Shown piece by piece: positions 9,517 to 21,217 of a stretch of 21,380 nt of DNA (position 1 is its first letter; each line of letters begins with the position of its first letter). The notes beneath the pieces are model-generated. The model was given only the letters and a program-made list of their open reading frames with translations. It was not told the origin of the DNA and did not search any database. The DNA comes from Eledone cirrhosa. Lineage: Eukaryota. A program made the translations under genes and the position numbers. Location of the stretch: NCBI GenBank assembly GCA_964016885.1, contig CAXHJY010001090.1:1-21380 (forward strand), read 5' to 3'.

Positions 9517-12500
9517 CTATTACACATTTAAACACTCTTAACCGACTTGTTTGCTTTGTTATTACTTTTTTTACATAGAAATTTTTTGTCCCTTTCTTTC
9601 TATATTTCTTTCTTTCTCTCTATATATTCTTTATTATTTCTTTCTTTCTCTCTATATATTCTTTATTATTTCTTTCTCTTTCTCTATATATATTCTTTAT
9701 TATTTTTTTCTTTCTCTCTATATATATTCTTTATTATTTCTTTCTTTTTCTCTATATATTCTTTATTATTTCTTTCTTTCTCTCTATATATTCTTTATTA
9801 TTTCTTTCTTTCTCTCTATATATTCTTTATTATTTCTTTCTCTCTCTATATATATATTCTTTATTATTTCTTTCTCTCTATATATATTCTTTATTATTTA
9901 TTTCTCTCTCTATATATATTCTTTATTATTTCTTTCTCTCTCTATATATATTCTTTATTATTTCTTTCTTTCTCTCTATATATTCTTTATTATTTCTTTT
10001 TCTCTCTCTATATATTCTTTATTATTTCTTTCTTTCTCTCTATATATACTTTATTATTTGTTTCTCTCTCTATATATATTCTTTATTATTTCTTTCTTTC
10101 TCTCTATATATATTCTTTATTATTTCTTTCTTTCTCTCTATATATACTTTATTATTTCTTTCTTTCTCTCTATATATACTTTATTATTTCTTTCTTTCTC
10201 TCTCTATATATTCTTTATTATTTATTCATTTCTCTATATATATTCTTTATTATTTCTTTCTCTCTGTATATATATTCTTTATTATTTCTTTCTCTCTATA
10301 TATTCTTTATTATTTCTTTCTTTCTCTCTATATATTCTTTATTATTTCTTTCTCTCTATATATTCTTTATTATTTCTTTCTCTCTCTATATATTATTTAT
10401 TATTTCTTTCTTTCTCTCTATATATATATTCTTTATTATTTCTTTCTTTCTCTCTATATATACTTTATTATTTCTTTCTTTCTCTCTATATATATTCTTT
10501 ATTATTTCTTTCTTTCTCTATATATTCTTTATTATTTCTTTCTCTCTCTATATATTCTTTATTATTTCTTTCTTTCTCTCTATATATTCTTTATTATTTC
10601 TTTCTCTTTCTCTATATATATTCTTTATTATTTCTTTCTTTCTCTCTATATATATTCTTTATTCTTTCTTTCTTTTTCTCTATATATTCTTTATTATTTC
10701 TTTCTTTCTCTCTATATATTCTTTATTATTTCTTTCTTTCTCTCTATATATACTTTATTATTTCTTTCTCTCTCTATATATTCTTTATTATTTCTTTCTT
10801 TCTCTCTATACATTCTTTATTATTTCTTTCTCTCTATATATATATTCTTTATTATTTCTTTATCTCTATATATATTCTTTATTATTTCTTTCTCTATATA
10901 TTCTTTATTATTTCTTTCTCTCTATATATATATTCTTTATTATTTCTTTCTCTCTCTATATATATTCTTTATTATTTCTTTCTCTCTCTATATATTCTTT
11001 ATTATTTATTTCTCTCTCTATATATATTCTTTATTATTTATTTCTCTCTCTATATATATTCTTTATTATTTCTTTCTCTCTATATATATACTCTTTATTA
11101 TTTCTTTCTTTCTCTCTATATATTCTTTATTATTTCTTTTTCTCTCTCTATATATTCTTTATTATTTCTTTCTTTCTCTCTATATATACTTTATTATTTG
11201 TTTCTCTCTCTCTATATATTCTTTATTATTTCTTTCTTTCTCTCTATATATATTCTTTATTATTTCTTTCTTTCTCTCTATATATTCTTTATTATTTCTT
11301 TCTTTCTCTCTATATATACTTTATTATTTCTTTCTTTCTCTCTCTATATATTCTTTATTATTTATTCATTTCTCTATATATATTCTTTATTATTTCTTTC
11401 TCTCTCTATATATATTCTTTATTATTTATTTCTCTCTATATATTCTTTATTATTTATTTATTTCTCTCTATATATTCTTTATTATTTCTTTCTCTCTATA
11501 TATTCTTTATTATTTCTTTCTTTCTATATATTCTTTATTATTTCTTTCTCTCTATATATATTCTTTATTATTTCTTTCTTTCTCTCTATATATATATTCT
11601 TTATTATTTCTTTCTTTCTCTCTATATATACTTTATTATTTCTTTCTTTCTCTCTCTATATATTCTTTATTATTTCTTTCTTTCTCTATATATTCTTTAT
11701 TATTTCTTTCTCTCTCTATATATTCTTTATTATTTCTTTCTTTCTGTCTATATATATTCTTTATTATTTCTTTCTTTCTCTCTATATATTCTTTATTATT
11801 TCTTTCTCTTTCTCTATATATTCTTTATTATTTCTTTATCTCTATATATATTCTTTATTATTTCTTTCTCTATATATTCTTTATTATTTCTTTCTCTCTA
11901 TATATATATTCTTTATTATTTCTTTCTTTCTCTCTATATATATTCTTTATTATTTCTTTCTCTCTCTATATATATTCTTTATTATTTCTTTCTCTCTATA
12001 TATATACTCTTTATTATTTCTTTCTTTCTCTCTATATATACTTTATTATTTGTTTCTCTCTCTCTATATATTCTTTATTATTTCTTTCTTTCTCTCTATA
12101 TATATTCTTTATTATTTCTTTCTTTCTGTCTATATATATTCTTTATTATTTCTTTCTTTCTCTCTATATATTCTTTATTATTTATTTCTCTCTCTATATA
12201 TATTCTTTATTATTTCTTTCTCTCTCTATATATTCTTTATTATTTCTTTCTTTCTTTCTATATATACTTTATTATTTGTTTCTCTCTCTCTATATATTCT
12301 TTATTATTTCTTTCTTTCTCTCTATATATATTCTTTATTATTTCTTTCTCTCTCTATATATTCTTTATTATTTATTTCTCTCTCTATATATATTCTTTAT
12401 TATTTATTTCTCTCTCTATATATATTCTTTATTATTTCTTTCTCTCTATATATATACTCTTTATTATTTCTTTCTTTCTCTCTATATATACTTTATTATT

Positions 12501-13713
12501 TGTTTCTCTCTCTCTATATATTCTTTATTATTTCTTTCTTTCTCTCTATATATATTCTTTATTATTTCTTTCTTTCTCTCTATATATTCTTTATTATTTC
12601 TTTCTTTCTCTCTATATATACTTTATTATTTCTTTCTTTCTCTCTATATATATTCTTTATTATTTATTCATTTCTCTATATATATTCTTTATTATTTCTT
12701 TCTCTCTCTATATATATTCTTTATTATTTATTTCTCTCTATATATTCTTTATTATTTATTTATTACTCTCTATATATTCTTTATTATTTCTTTCTCTCTA
12801 TATATTCTTTATTATTTCTTTCTTTCTATATATTCTTTATTATTTCTTTCTCTCTATATATATTCTTTATTATTTCTTTCTTTCTCTCTCTATATATTCT
12901 TTATTATTTCTTTCTTTCTCTCTATATATATATTCTTTATTATTTCTTTCTTTCTCTCTATATATACTTTATTATTTCTTTCTTTCTCTCTCTATATATT
13001 CTTTATTATTTCTTTCTTTCTCTATATATTCTTTATTATTTCTTTCCCTCTCTATATATTCTTTATTATTTCTTTCTTTCTGTCTATATATATTCTTTAT
13101 TATTTCTTTCTTTCTCTCTATATATTCTTTATTATTTCTTTCTCTTTCTCTATATATATTCTTTATTATTTCTTTCTTTCTCTCTATATATATTCTTTAT
13201 TATTTCTTTCTTTTTCTCTATATATTCTTTATTATTTCTTTCTTTCTCTCTATATATTCTTTATTATTTCTTTCTTTCTCTCTATATATACTTTATTATT
13301 TCTTTCTCTCTCTATATATTCTTTATTATTTCTCTCTTTCTCTCTATACATTCTTTATTATTTCTTTCTCTCTCTATATATATTCTTTATTATTTCTTTA
13401 TCTCTATATATATTCTTTATTATTTCTTTCTCTATATATTCTTTATTATTTCTTTCTCTCTATATATATATTCTATATTATTTCTTTCTTTCTCTCTATA
13501 TATTCTTTATTATTTCTTTCTTTCTCTATATATTATTTATTATTTCTTTCTCTCTATATATATATTGTTTATTATTTCTTTCTCTCTCTATATATATTCT
13601 TTATTATTTCTTTCTCTCTCTATATATTCTTTATTATTTATTTCTCTCTATATATATATTCTTTATTATTTATTTCTCTCTCTATATATATTCTTTATTA
13701 TTTCTTTCTCTCT

Positions 13714-13880
13714 CGGTGGAGGGTCGGACGCCATGCTTTCCAGCATAGTTACGTCCCTTTACGATCTGAGTTCAAATCCCGCCGAGGTTGACTTTGCCTT
13801 TCATCCTTACGGGGTCGATGAAATAAAGTACCAGTAACGCACTGGGTAATTGCTGGCCTTGTGCCTAAAGTAGAAACAAT
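13714..13880 (+). mobile_element. SINE copy 1 in satellite (17-bp deletion removes the A box)
   Basis: CGGTGGA-GGGTCGGACG...GAGTTCAAATCCCGCCGAGGTTGACTTTGCCTTTCATCC...GGCCTTGTGCCTAAAGTAGAAACAAT; 167 bp versus 184 bp for full copies. Confidence 0.93.
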
Positions 13881-15540
13881 TATTTCTTTCTCTCTCTATA
13901 TATTCTTTATTATTTCTTTCTTTCTTTCTATATATACTTTATTATTTGTTTCTCTCTCTATATATATTCTTTATTATTTCTTTCTTTCTCTCTCTATATA
14001 TTCTTTATTATTTCTTTCTTTCTCTCTATATATTCTTTATTATTTCTTTCTTTCTCTCTATATATACTTTATTATTTCTTTCTTTCTCTCTCTATATATT
14101 CTTTATTATTTATTCATTTCTCTATATATATTCTTTATTATTTCTTTCTCTCTCAATATATATTCTTTATTATTTCTTTCTCTCTATATATTCTTTATTA
14201 TTTCTTTCTTTCTCTCTATATATTCTTTATTATTTCTTTCTCTCTATATATTCTTTATTATTTCTTTCTCTCTATATATTCTTTATTATTTCTTTCTCTC
14301 TATATATATTCTTTATTATTTCTTTCTTTCTCTCTCTATATATTCTTTATTATTTCTTTCTTTCTCTCTATATATATATTCTTTATTATTTCTTTCTTTC
14401 TCTCTATATATACTTTATTATTTCTTTCTTTCTCTCTCTATATATTCTTTATTATTTCTTTCTTTCTCTATATATTCTTTATTATTTCTTTCTCTCTCTA
14501 TTTATTCTTTATTATTTCTTTCTTTCTGTCTATATATATTCTTTATTATTTCTTTCTTTCTCTCTATATATTCTTTATTATTTCTTTCTCTTTCTCTATA
14601 TATATTCTTTATTATTTCTTTCTTTCTCTCTATATATATTCTTTATTATTTATTTCTTTTTCTCTATATATTCTTTATTATTTCTTTCTTTCTCTCTATA
14701 TATTCTTTATTATTTCTTTCTTTCTCTCTATATATACTTTATTATTTCTTTCTCTCTATATATATTCTTTATTATTTCTTTCTTTCTCTCTATACATTCT
14801 TTATTTTTTCTTTCTCTCTCTATATATATTCTTTATTATTTCTTTATCTCTATATATATTCTTTATTATTTCTTTCTCTATATATTCTTTATTATTTCTT
14901 TCTCTCTCTATATATATTCTATATTATTTATTTATTTCTCTCTATATATTCTTTATTATTTCTTTCTTTCTCTATATATTATTTATTATTTCTTTCTCTC
15001 TCTATATATATTCTTTATTATTTCTTTCTCTCTCTATATATTCTTTATTATTTATTTCTCTCTCTATATATATTCTTTATTATTTATTTCTCTCTCTATA
15101 TATATTATTTATTATTTCTTTCTCTCTATATATATATTCTTTATTATTTCTTTCACTCTCTCTATATATTCTTTATTATTTCTTTCTCTCTATATATATA
15201 TTCTTTATTATTTATTTCTCTCTCTATATATTCTTTATTATTTCTTTCTTTCTCTCTGTATATATTCTTTATTATTTCTTTCTTTCTCTCTCTATATATT
15301 CTTTATTATTTCTTTCTCTCTATATATATATTCTTTATTATTTCTTTCTCTCTCTATATATTTTCTTTATTATTTCTTTCTCTCTATATATATATTATTT
15401 ATTATTTATTTCTCTCTATATATATATTCTTTATTATTTCTTTCTCTCTATATATATTCTTTATTATTTCTTTATTTCTCTCTCTATATATTCTTTATTA
15501 TTTATTTATTTCTCTCTCTATATATTCTTTATTATTTCTT

Positions 15541-15724
15541 CGGTGGATTGGCAGTATCGGTAGAGGGTCAGACACCATGCTTTCCAGCATAGTTACGTCC
15601 CTTCACGATCTGAGTTCAAATCCCGCCGAGGTTGACTTTGCCTTTCATCCTTACGAGGTCGATAAAATAAAGTACCAGTAATGCACTGGTTAATTGATGG
15701 CCTTGTGCCAAAAGTAGAAACAAT
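15541..15724 (+). mobile_element. SINE copy 2 in satellite (184 bp)
   Basis: A box TGGCAGTATCGG at 15549-15560, B box GAGTTCAAATCCC at 15612-15624, conserved core and tail. Confidence 0.95.
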
Positions 15725-16189
15725 TATTTCTTTCTCTCTATATATATTATTTATTATTTCTTTCTCTCTCTATATATAATCTTTATTATTTCTTTCTTTC
15801 TCTATATATTCTTTATTATTTCTTTCTCTCTCTATATATTCTTTTTTTATTTCTTTCTCTCTATATATATTCTTTATTATTTATTTCTCTCTCTATATAT
15901 ATTCTTTATTATTTCTTTCTCTCTCTATATATTATTTATTATTTCTTTCTTTCTCTCTCTATATATTCTTTATTATTTATTTCTCTCTCTATATATATTC
16001 TTTATTATTTATTTCTCTATATATATATATACTTTATTATTTCTTTCTCTCTCTATATATTCTTTATTATTTATTTCTCTCTCTATATATTCTTTATTAT
16101 TTCTTTCTCTCTCTCTGTATATTCTTTATTATTTCTTTCTTTCTCTCTATATATACTTTATTATTTCTTTCTTTCTCTCTATATATTCT

Positions 16190-16365
16190 TTGGCAGTATC
16201 GGTAGAGGGTTGGACGCCATGCTTTCTAGCACAGTTACATCCCTTTACAGTCTGAGTTCAAATCCCGCCAAGGTTAACTTTGCCTTTCATCCTTACGGGG
16301 TCGATAAAATAAAGTACCAGTAATGTACTGGGTATTGCTGGCCTTGTGCCTAAAGTAGCAACAAT
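16190..16365 (+). mobile_element. SINE copy 3 in satellite (176 bp, lacks first 7 nt)
   Basis: Begins TTGGCAGTATCGG; same B box, core and tail as the other copies. Confidence 0.95.
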
Positions 16366-18623
16366 TATTTCTTTCTCTCTCTATATATATTCTTTATTAT
16401 TTCTTTCTCTCTATATATATACTTTATTATTTCTTTCTCTCTATATATATATTCTTTATTATTTCTTTCTCTCTCTATATATATTCTTTATTATTTCTTT
16501 CTCTTTCTATATATATTCTTTATTATTTCTTTCTCTCTATATATATTCTTTATTATTTCTTTCTCTCTATATATATTCTTTATTATTTCATTCTTTCTCT
16601 CTGTATATATATTCTTTATTATTTCTTTCTCTCTATATATATTCTTTATTCTTTCTTTCTCTCTCTATATATATATTCTTTATTATTTCTTTCTTTCTCT
16701 CTTTATATATATTCTTTATTATTTCTTTCTCTCTCTATATATTCTTTATTATTTATTTCTCTCTCTATATATATTCTTTATTATTTCTTTCTTTCTCTAT
16801 ATATTCTTTATTATTTCTTTCTCTCTCTATATATATTCTTTATTATTTCTTTCTCTCTATATATATTCTTTATTATTTATTTATTTCTCTCTATATATAT
16901 TCTTTATTATTTCTTTCTTTCTCTATATATTCTTTATTATTTTTTCTTTCTCTCTATATATTCTTTATTATTTCTTTCTCTCTATATATATTCTTTATTA
17001 TTTCCTTCTTTCTCTCTCTATATATATATTCTTTATTATTTCTTTCTCTCTATATATTCTTTATTATTTCTTTCTTTCTCTCTATATATTCTTTATTATT
17101 TCTTTCTCTCTATATATATTCTTTATTATTTCTTTCTTTCTCTCTTTATATATATTCTTTATTATTTCTTTCTCTCTATATATTCTTTATTATTTCTTTC
17201 TCTCTATGTATATATTCTTTATTATTTCTTTCTCTCTCTATATGTTCTTTATTATTTCTTTCTCTCTATATATTCTTTATTATTTCTTTCTCTCTATATA
17301 TATATATTCTTTATTATTTCTTTCTCTCTCTATATATATTCTTTATTATTTATTTCTCTCTATATATATATTCTTTATTATTTATTTATTTCTCTCTATA
17401 TATATTCTTTATTATTTCTTTCTTTCTCTCTATATATTCTTTATTATTTCTTTCTTTCTCTCTATATATTATTTATTATTTCTTTCTTTCTCTCTATATA
17501 TATATTATTTATTATTTATTTCTCTCTATATATATTCTTTATTATTTCTTTCTCTCTCTATATATATATTCTTTATTATTTCTTTCTCTCTATATATATA
17601 TTATTTATTATTTCTTTCTCTCTATATATATTCTTTATTCTTTCTTTCTCTCTCTCTCTATATATTCTTTATTATTTATTTATTTCTCTCTCTATATATT
17701 CTTTATTATTTCTTTCTCTCTCTATATATTCTTTATTATTTCTTTCTTTCTCTCTATATATTCTTTATTATTTCTTTCTTTCTCTCTATATATTCTTTAT
17801 TATTTCTTTCTTTCTCTCTATATATATTCTTTATTATTTCTTTCTCTCTATATATATTCTTTATTATTTCCTTCTTTCTCTCTCTATATATATTCTTTAT
17901 TATTTCTTTCTCTCTATATATTCTTTATTATTTCTTTCTTTCTCTCTATATATTCTTTATTATTTCTTTCTCTCTATATATATTCTTTATTATTTCTTTC
18001 TTTCTCTCTCTATATATATTCTTTATTATTTCTTTCTCTCTATATATTCTTTATTATTTCTTTCTCTCTATATATATATTCTTTATTATTTCTTTCTCTC
18101 TCTATATGTTCTTTATTATTTCTTTCTCTCTATATATTCTTTATTATTTCTTTCTCTCTCTCTATATATTCTTTATTATTTCTTTCTCTCTCTATATATA
18201 TTCTTTATTATTTCTTTCTCTCTATATATATATTCTTTATTATTTATTTATTTCTCTCTATATATATTCTTTATTATTTCATTCTTTCTCTCTATATATT
18301 CTTCATTATTTCTTTCTTTCTCTCTATATATTCTTTATTATTTCTTTCTTTCTGTCTATATATTATTTATTATTTCTTTCTTTCTCTCTATATATATATT
18401 ATTTATTATTTATTTCTCTCTATATATATTCTTTATTATTTCTTTCTCTCTCTATATATATATTCTTTATTATTTCTTTCTCTCTATATATATATATTCT
18501 TTATTATTTCTTTCTCTCTCTATATATATTATTTATTATTTCTTTCTCTCTATATATATTCTTTATTCTTTCTTTCTCTCTCTCTATATATATTCTTTAT
18601 TATTTATTTATTTCTCTCTCTAT

Positions 18624-18809
18624 CGGTGGATTGGCAGTATCGGTAGAGGGTCTGACGCTATGCTTTGCAGCAAAGAGTTACGCCCCTTTATGGTTTGAGT
18701 TCAAATCCCGCCGAGGTTAACTTTGCCTTTCATCCTTACGGGGTCGATAAAATAAAGTACCAGTAATGCACTGGATAATTGCTGGCCTTGTGCCAAAAGT
18801 AGAAACAAT
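18624..18809 (+). mobile_element. SINE copy 4 in satellite (186 bp)
   Basis: CGGTGGATTGGCAGTATCGG...GAGTTCAAATCCC...GGCCTTGTGCCAAAAGTAGAAACAAT, with a 2-nt insertion. Confidence 0.95.
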
Positions 18810-19142
18810 TATTTCTTTCTCTCTCTATATATTCTTTATTATTTCTTTCTTTCTCTCTATATATTCTTTATTATTTCTTTCTTTCTCTCTATATATTCTC
18901 TATTATTTCTTTCTTTCTCTCTATATATATTCTTTATTATTTCTTTCTCTCTCTATATATTCTTTATTATTTATATCTCTCTCTATATATATTCTTTATT
19001 ATTTATTTCTATCTCTATATATATTCTTTATTATTTATTTCTCTCTATATATATACTCTTTATTATTTCTTTCTTTCTCTCTATATATTCTTTATTATTT
19101 CTTTCTCTCTCTATATATATTCTTTATTATTTCTTTCTTTCT

Positions 19143-19326
19143 CGGTGGATTGGGAGTATCGGTAGAGGGTCGGACGCCATGCTTTCCAGCATAGTTACGT
19201 CCCTTTATGATCTGAGTTCAAATCCCGCCGAGGTTGACTTTGCCTTTCATCCTTACGGGGTCGATAAAATAAAGTACCAGTAATGCACTGGGTGATTGCT
19301 GGCCTTGTGCCTAAAGTAGAAACAAT
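19143..19326 (+). mobile_element. SINE copy 5 in satellite (184 bp)
   Basis: About 10 substitutions relative to copy 2 over 184 bp by manual alignment. Confidence 0.95.
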
Positions 19327-19771
19327 TATTTCTTTCTTTCTCTCTATATATTCTTTATTATTTCTTTCTCTCTATATATATTCTTTATTATTTCTTTCTC
19401 TCTATATATTCTTTATTATTTCTTTCTCTCTATATATATTCTTTCTATGTTTCTTTCTCTATATATATTCCTTATTATTTATTTATTTCTCTATATTTGT
19501 TTCTTTCTCTCTATATATTCTTTATTTGTTTCTTTCTTTCTCTCTATATTCTTTATTTGTTTCTTTCTTTCTCTCTATATATTCTTTCTTTCTTTCTTTC
19601 TCTCTATATATTCTTTCTTTCTTTCTCTCTCTATATTCTTTACTCTGTCCCCTTACTCTGTAAACTCTTACTTTAACACATTATTAAATCGATTTTCCCC
19701 CTCTCCAACATTTCACCTAAACTTTATACCACACCTATTAAAGCTACACAACCGGAAATATTTATATATGG

Positions 19772-20140
19772 ATTATTATTGTTGTTGTTGTTGTTGTTGT
19801 TTTAGTTGTTGTTGTTGTTTTAGTTGTTGTAGTTGTTGTTGTTGTTGTTTTAGTTGTTGTTGTTGTTGTTGTTTTAGTTGTTGTAGCTGTTGTAGTTGTT
19901 GTTGTAATTGTTATTTTAGCTGTTGTTGTAGTTGTAGTTATTTTAGTTGTAGTTGTTGTTGTTGTTGTTTTAGTTGTTGTTTTAGTTGTTGTAGCTGCTG
20001 TAGTTGTTATTTTAGCTCTTGTTGTAGTTGTAGTTGTTATTTTAGTTGTAGTTGTTGTTGTAGTTGTTGTTATTGTTGTTATTATTGTTGTTGTTGTAGT
20101 AGTAGTAGCAGTTATTGTTGCTGTTGTTGTTGTTATTGTT
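19772..20140. repeat. (TTG)n microsatellite with TAG/TTA/CTG and TTTTAG variants
   Basis: ttgttgttg runs with recurring ttttag and tag interruptions. Confidence 0.95.
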
Positions 20141-20896
20141 TCTTTAACTGAGCTGCAGTCGTGGGTCAAGAAGAGACCGAGACTGGGTGACTGGCACCTG
20201 GAATGTACCCAGGCACTCACTGCCCTCTACCAGGCGGGCAATGCGATCAGTGGAACTTCCACTCTCGAGTTCTATAGAGGATTAGTGGTGGGCAGGTGCG
20301 ATGACGCACTCGGAGAAGCTTTGGGCCTCGACGAAGTCGAACTGACCAGTCTGTACCGGAGGACTTTCGAGCTGGGGACAATGGACAATTTCCAGAAATC
20401 CCTCGCTTGGCAGTGCTACCGGAGGGCACTGTCGGTTCGGGATAAACTCTACAGGCACGGAAGTGCTGTCAGACGGACCTGCCCAAGATGTGCACAGAGC
20501 GATGAAACTGTTCTGCACGCACTTGTCCAATGTCCGTGCATTACTGACATGTGGAGTTATGTCGTACAGCTACTGTGGCGTGTGGAACGGATCCGGATAT
20601 CGGCCGAGTTCATAGTGAAGATCGACCCGCCGCCTTCCTTAGGTCAGGAAGAGCAGGACATCTTCCTCTCTCTAGTGGCCGTTGCGAAAGAGGTTATATG
20701 GTGGACCAGATTAAAAGGACTGAAGACAGACACTTTTCTCTTCGGCCAGTCCCTCATCAACTTCTTCAAGTTTCACCTGGAAAGGAAGATGAGGGTGGAG
20801 AGAGAAGTGCTGCCCCTCAGTACATTTGCTAAAAGGTAGATGAATGTGGCGAGAATGGCTCGTGTGAATGGGCCTACTCTGACCATGCGCCTATAG
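20141..20896 (+). pseudogene. LINE ORF2 remnant with zf-RVT zinc knuckle
   Basis: The frame of ORF 20285..20839 stays open upstream to the junction (SLTELQSWVKKRPRLGDWHLECTQAL...EFYRGL). It contains W...RRAL.VRDKL.RHG....CPRC....ETVLHALVQCP....W (CxxC-x8-H-x4-C). TAG at 20837-20839 in FAKR* is probably a mutated TGG of the F..RW motif; the next stop is at 20894-20896. Confidence 0.85.
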
Positions 20897-21177
20897 GCTA
20901 GCTAACTTGAGGAGAGGGGTGCTCTCCCTGTGTGCCCTAGAAGTGCAGGGTGGTTCAGGATAGGTGGAGTACCCGAGTCACCCCTGGGTCGTCCACCCCT
21001 ATCGGGTAATTTATTTTGTTATATTTATGCATAGTTTATTTTATATTTTTATATCTTCATTGTTAAATTAGTCTTGCCATTGTGCACTTTTACTCGACCT
21101 TACTGTAAACCCCACTGTCCCTGTCTTTGTATTGTCCCCTACATGTCGGCCCTTGTGGCTAATAAATGAAATCATTA
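20141..21177 (+). mobile_element. 5'-truncated L1/Tx1-clade LINE: ORF2 C-terminus plus 3' UTR
   Basis: GC-richer ~1-kb island between microsatellites. It encodes a zf-RVT motif, and its 3' UTR has a T-rich stretch and AATAAA (21161-21166) followed by a (TAG)n tail. Confidence 0.9.

Positions 21178-21217
<40 letters not shown>

Larger units (their letters stand above)
9592..19641. repeat. ~10-kb satellite of a variable ~28-38-bp monomer TTCTTTATTATTT(CTTT)1-2(CT)n(AT)n, interrupted by five SINE copies
   Basis: Conserved core TTCTTTATTATTT with slippage-variable CTTT, CT and AT modules; roughly 270-290 monomers estimated from length. The top strand nearly lacks G and AA. The last ~200 bp are degenerate. 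Confidence 0.97.

Noticed and set aside
13714-19326. Repeat-spacer (CRISPR-like) system or tRNA gene cluster
   Set aside because: The conserved ~184-bp units are SINEs with A/B boxes but no cloverleaf I could fold. The intervening DNA is satellite, not unique spacer.
9547-19663. 1400-aa hydrophobic F/L/S/Y/I ORFs resembling membrane or NADH-dehydrogenase-like proteins
   Set aside because: The top strand lacks G and AA, so stop codons cannot form. Monomer lengths are not multiples of three, and the ORFs end at the SINEs.
19447-20220. Cys-rich (metallothionein/keratin-associated-like) and Thr-rich (mucin-like) ORFs
   Set aside because: They are translations of the (TTG)n microsatellite on either strand.
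20247-20832. Overlapping short ORFs on other frames of the LINE
   Set aside because: They are shadow ORFs of the GC-richer ORF2 remnant and carry no recognisable motifs.
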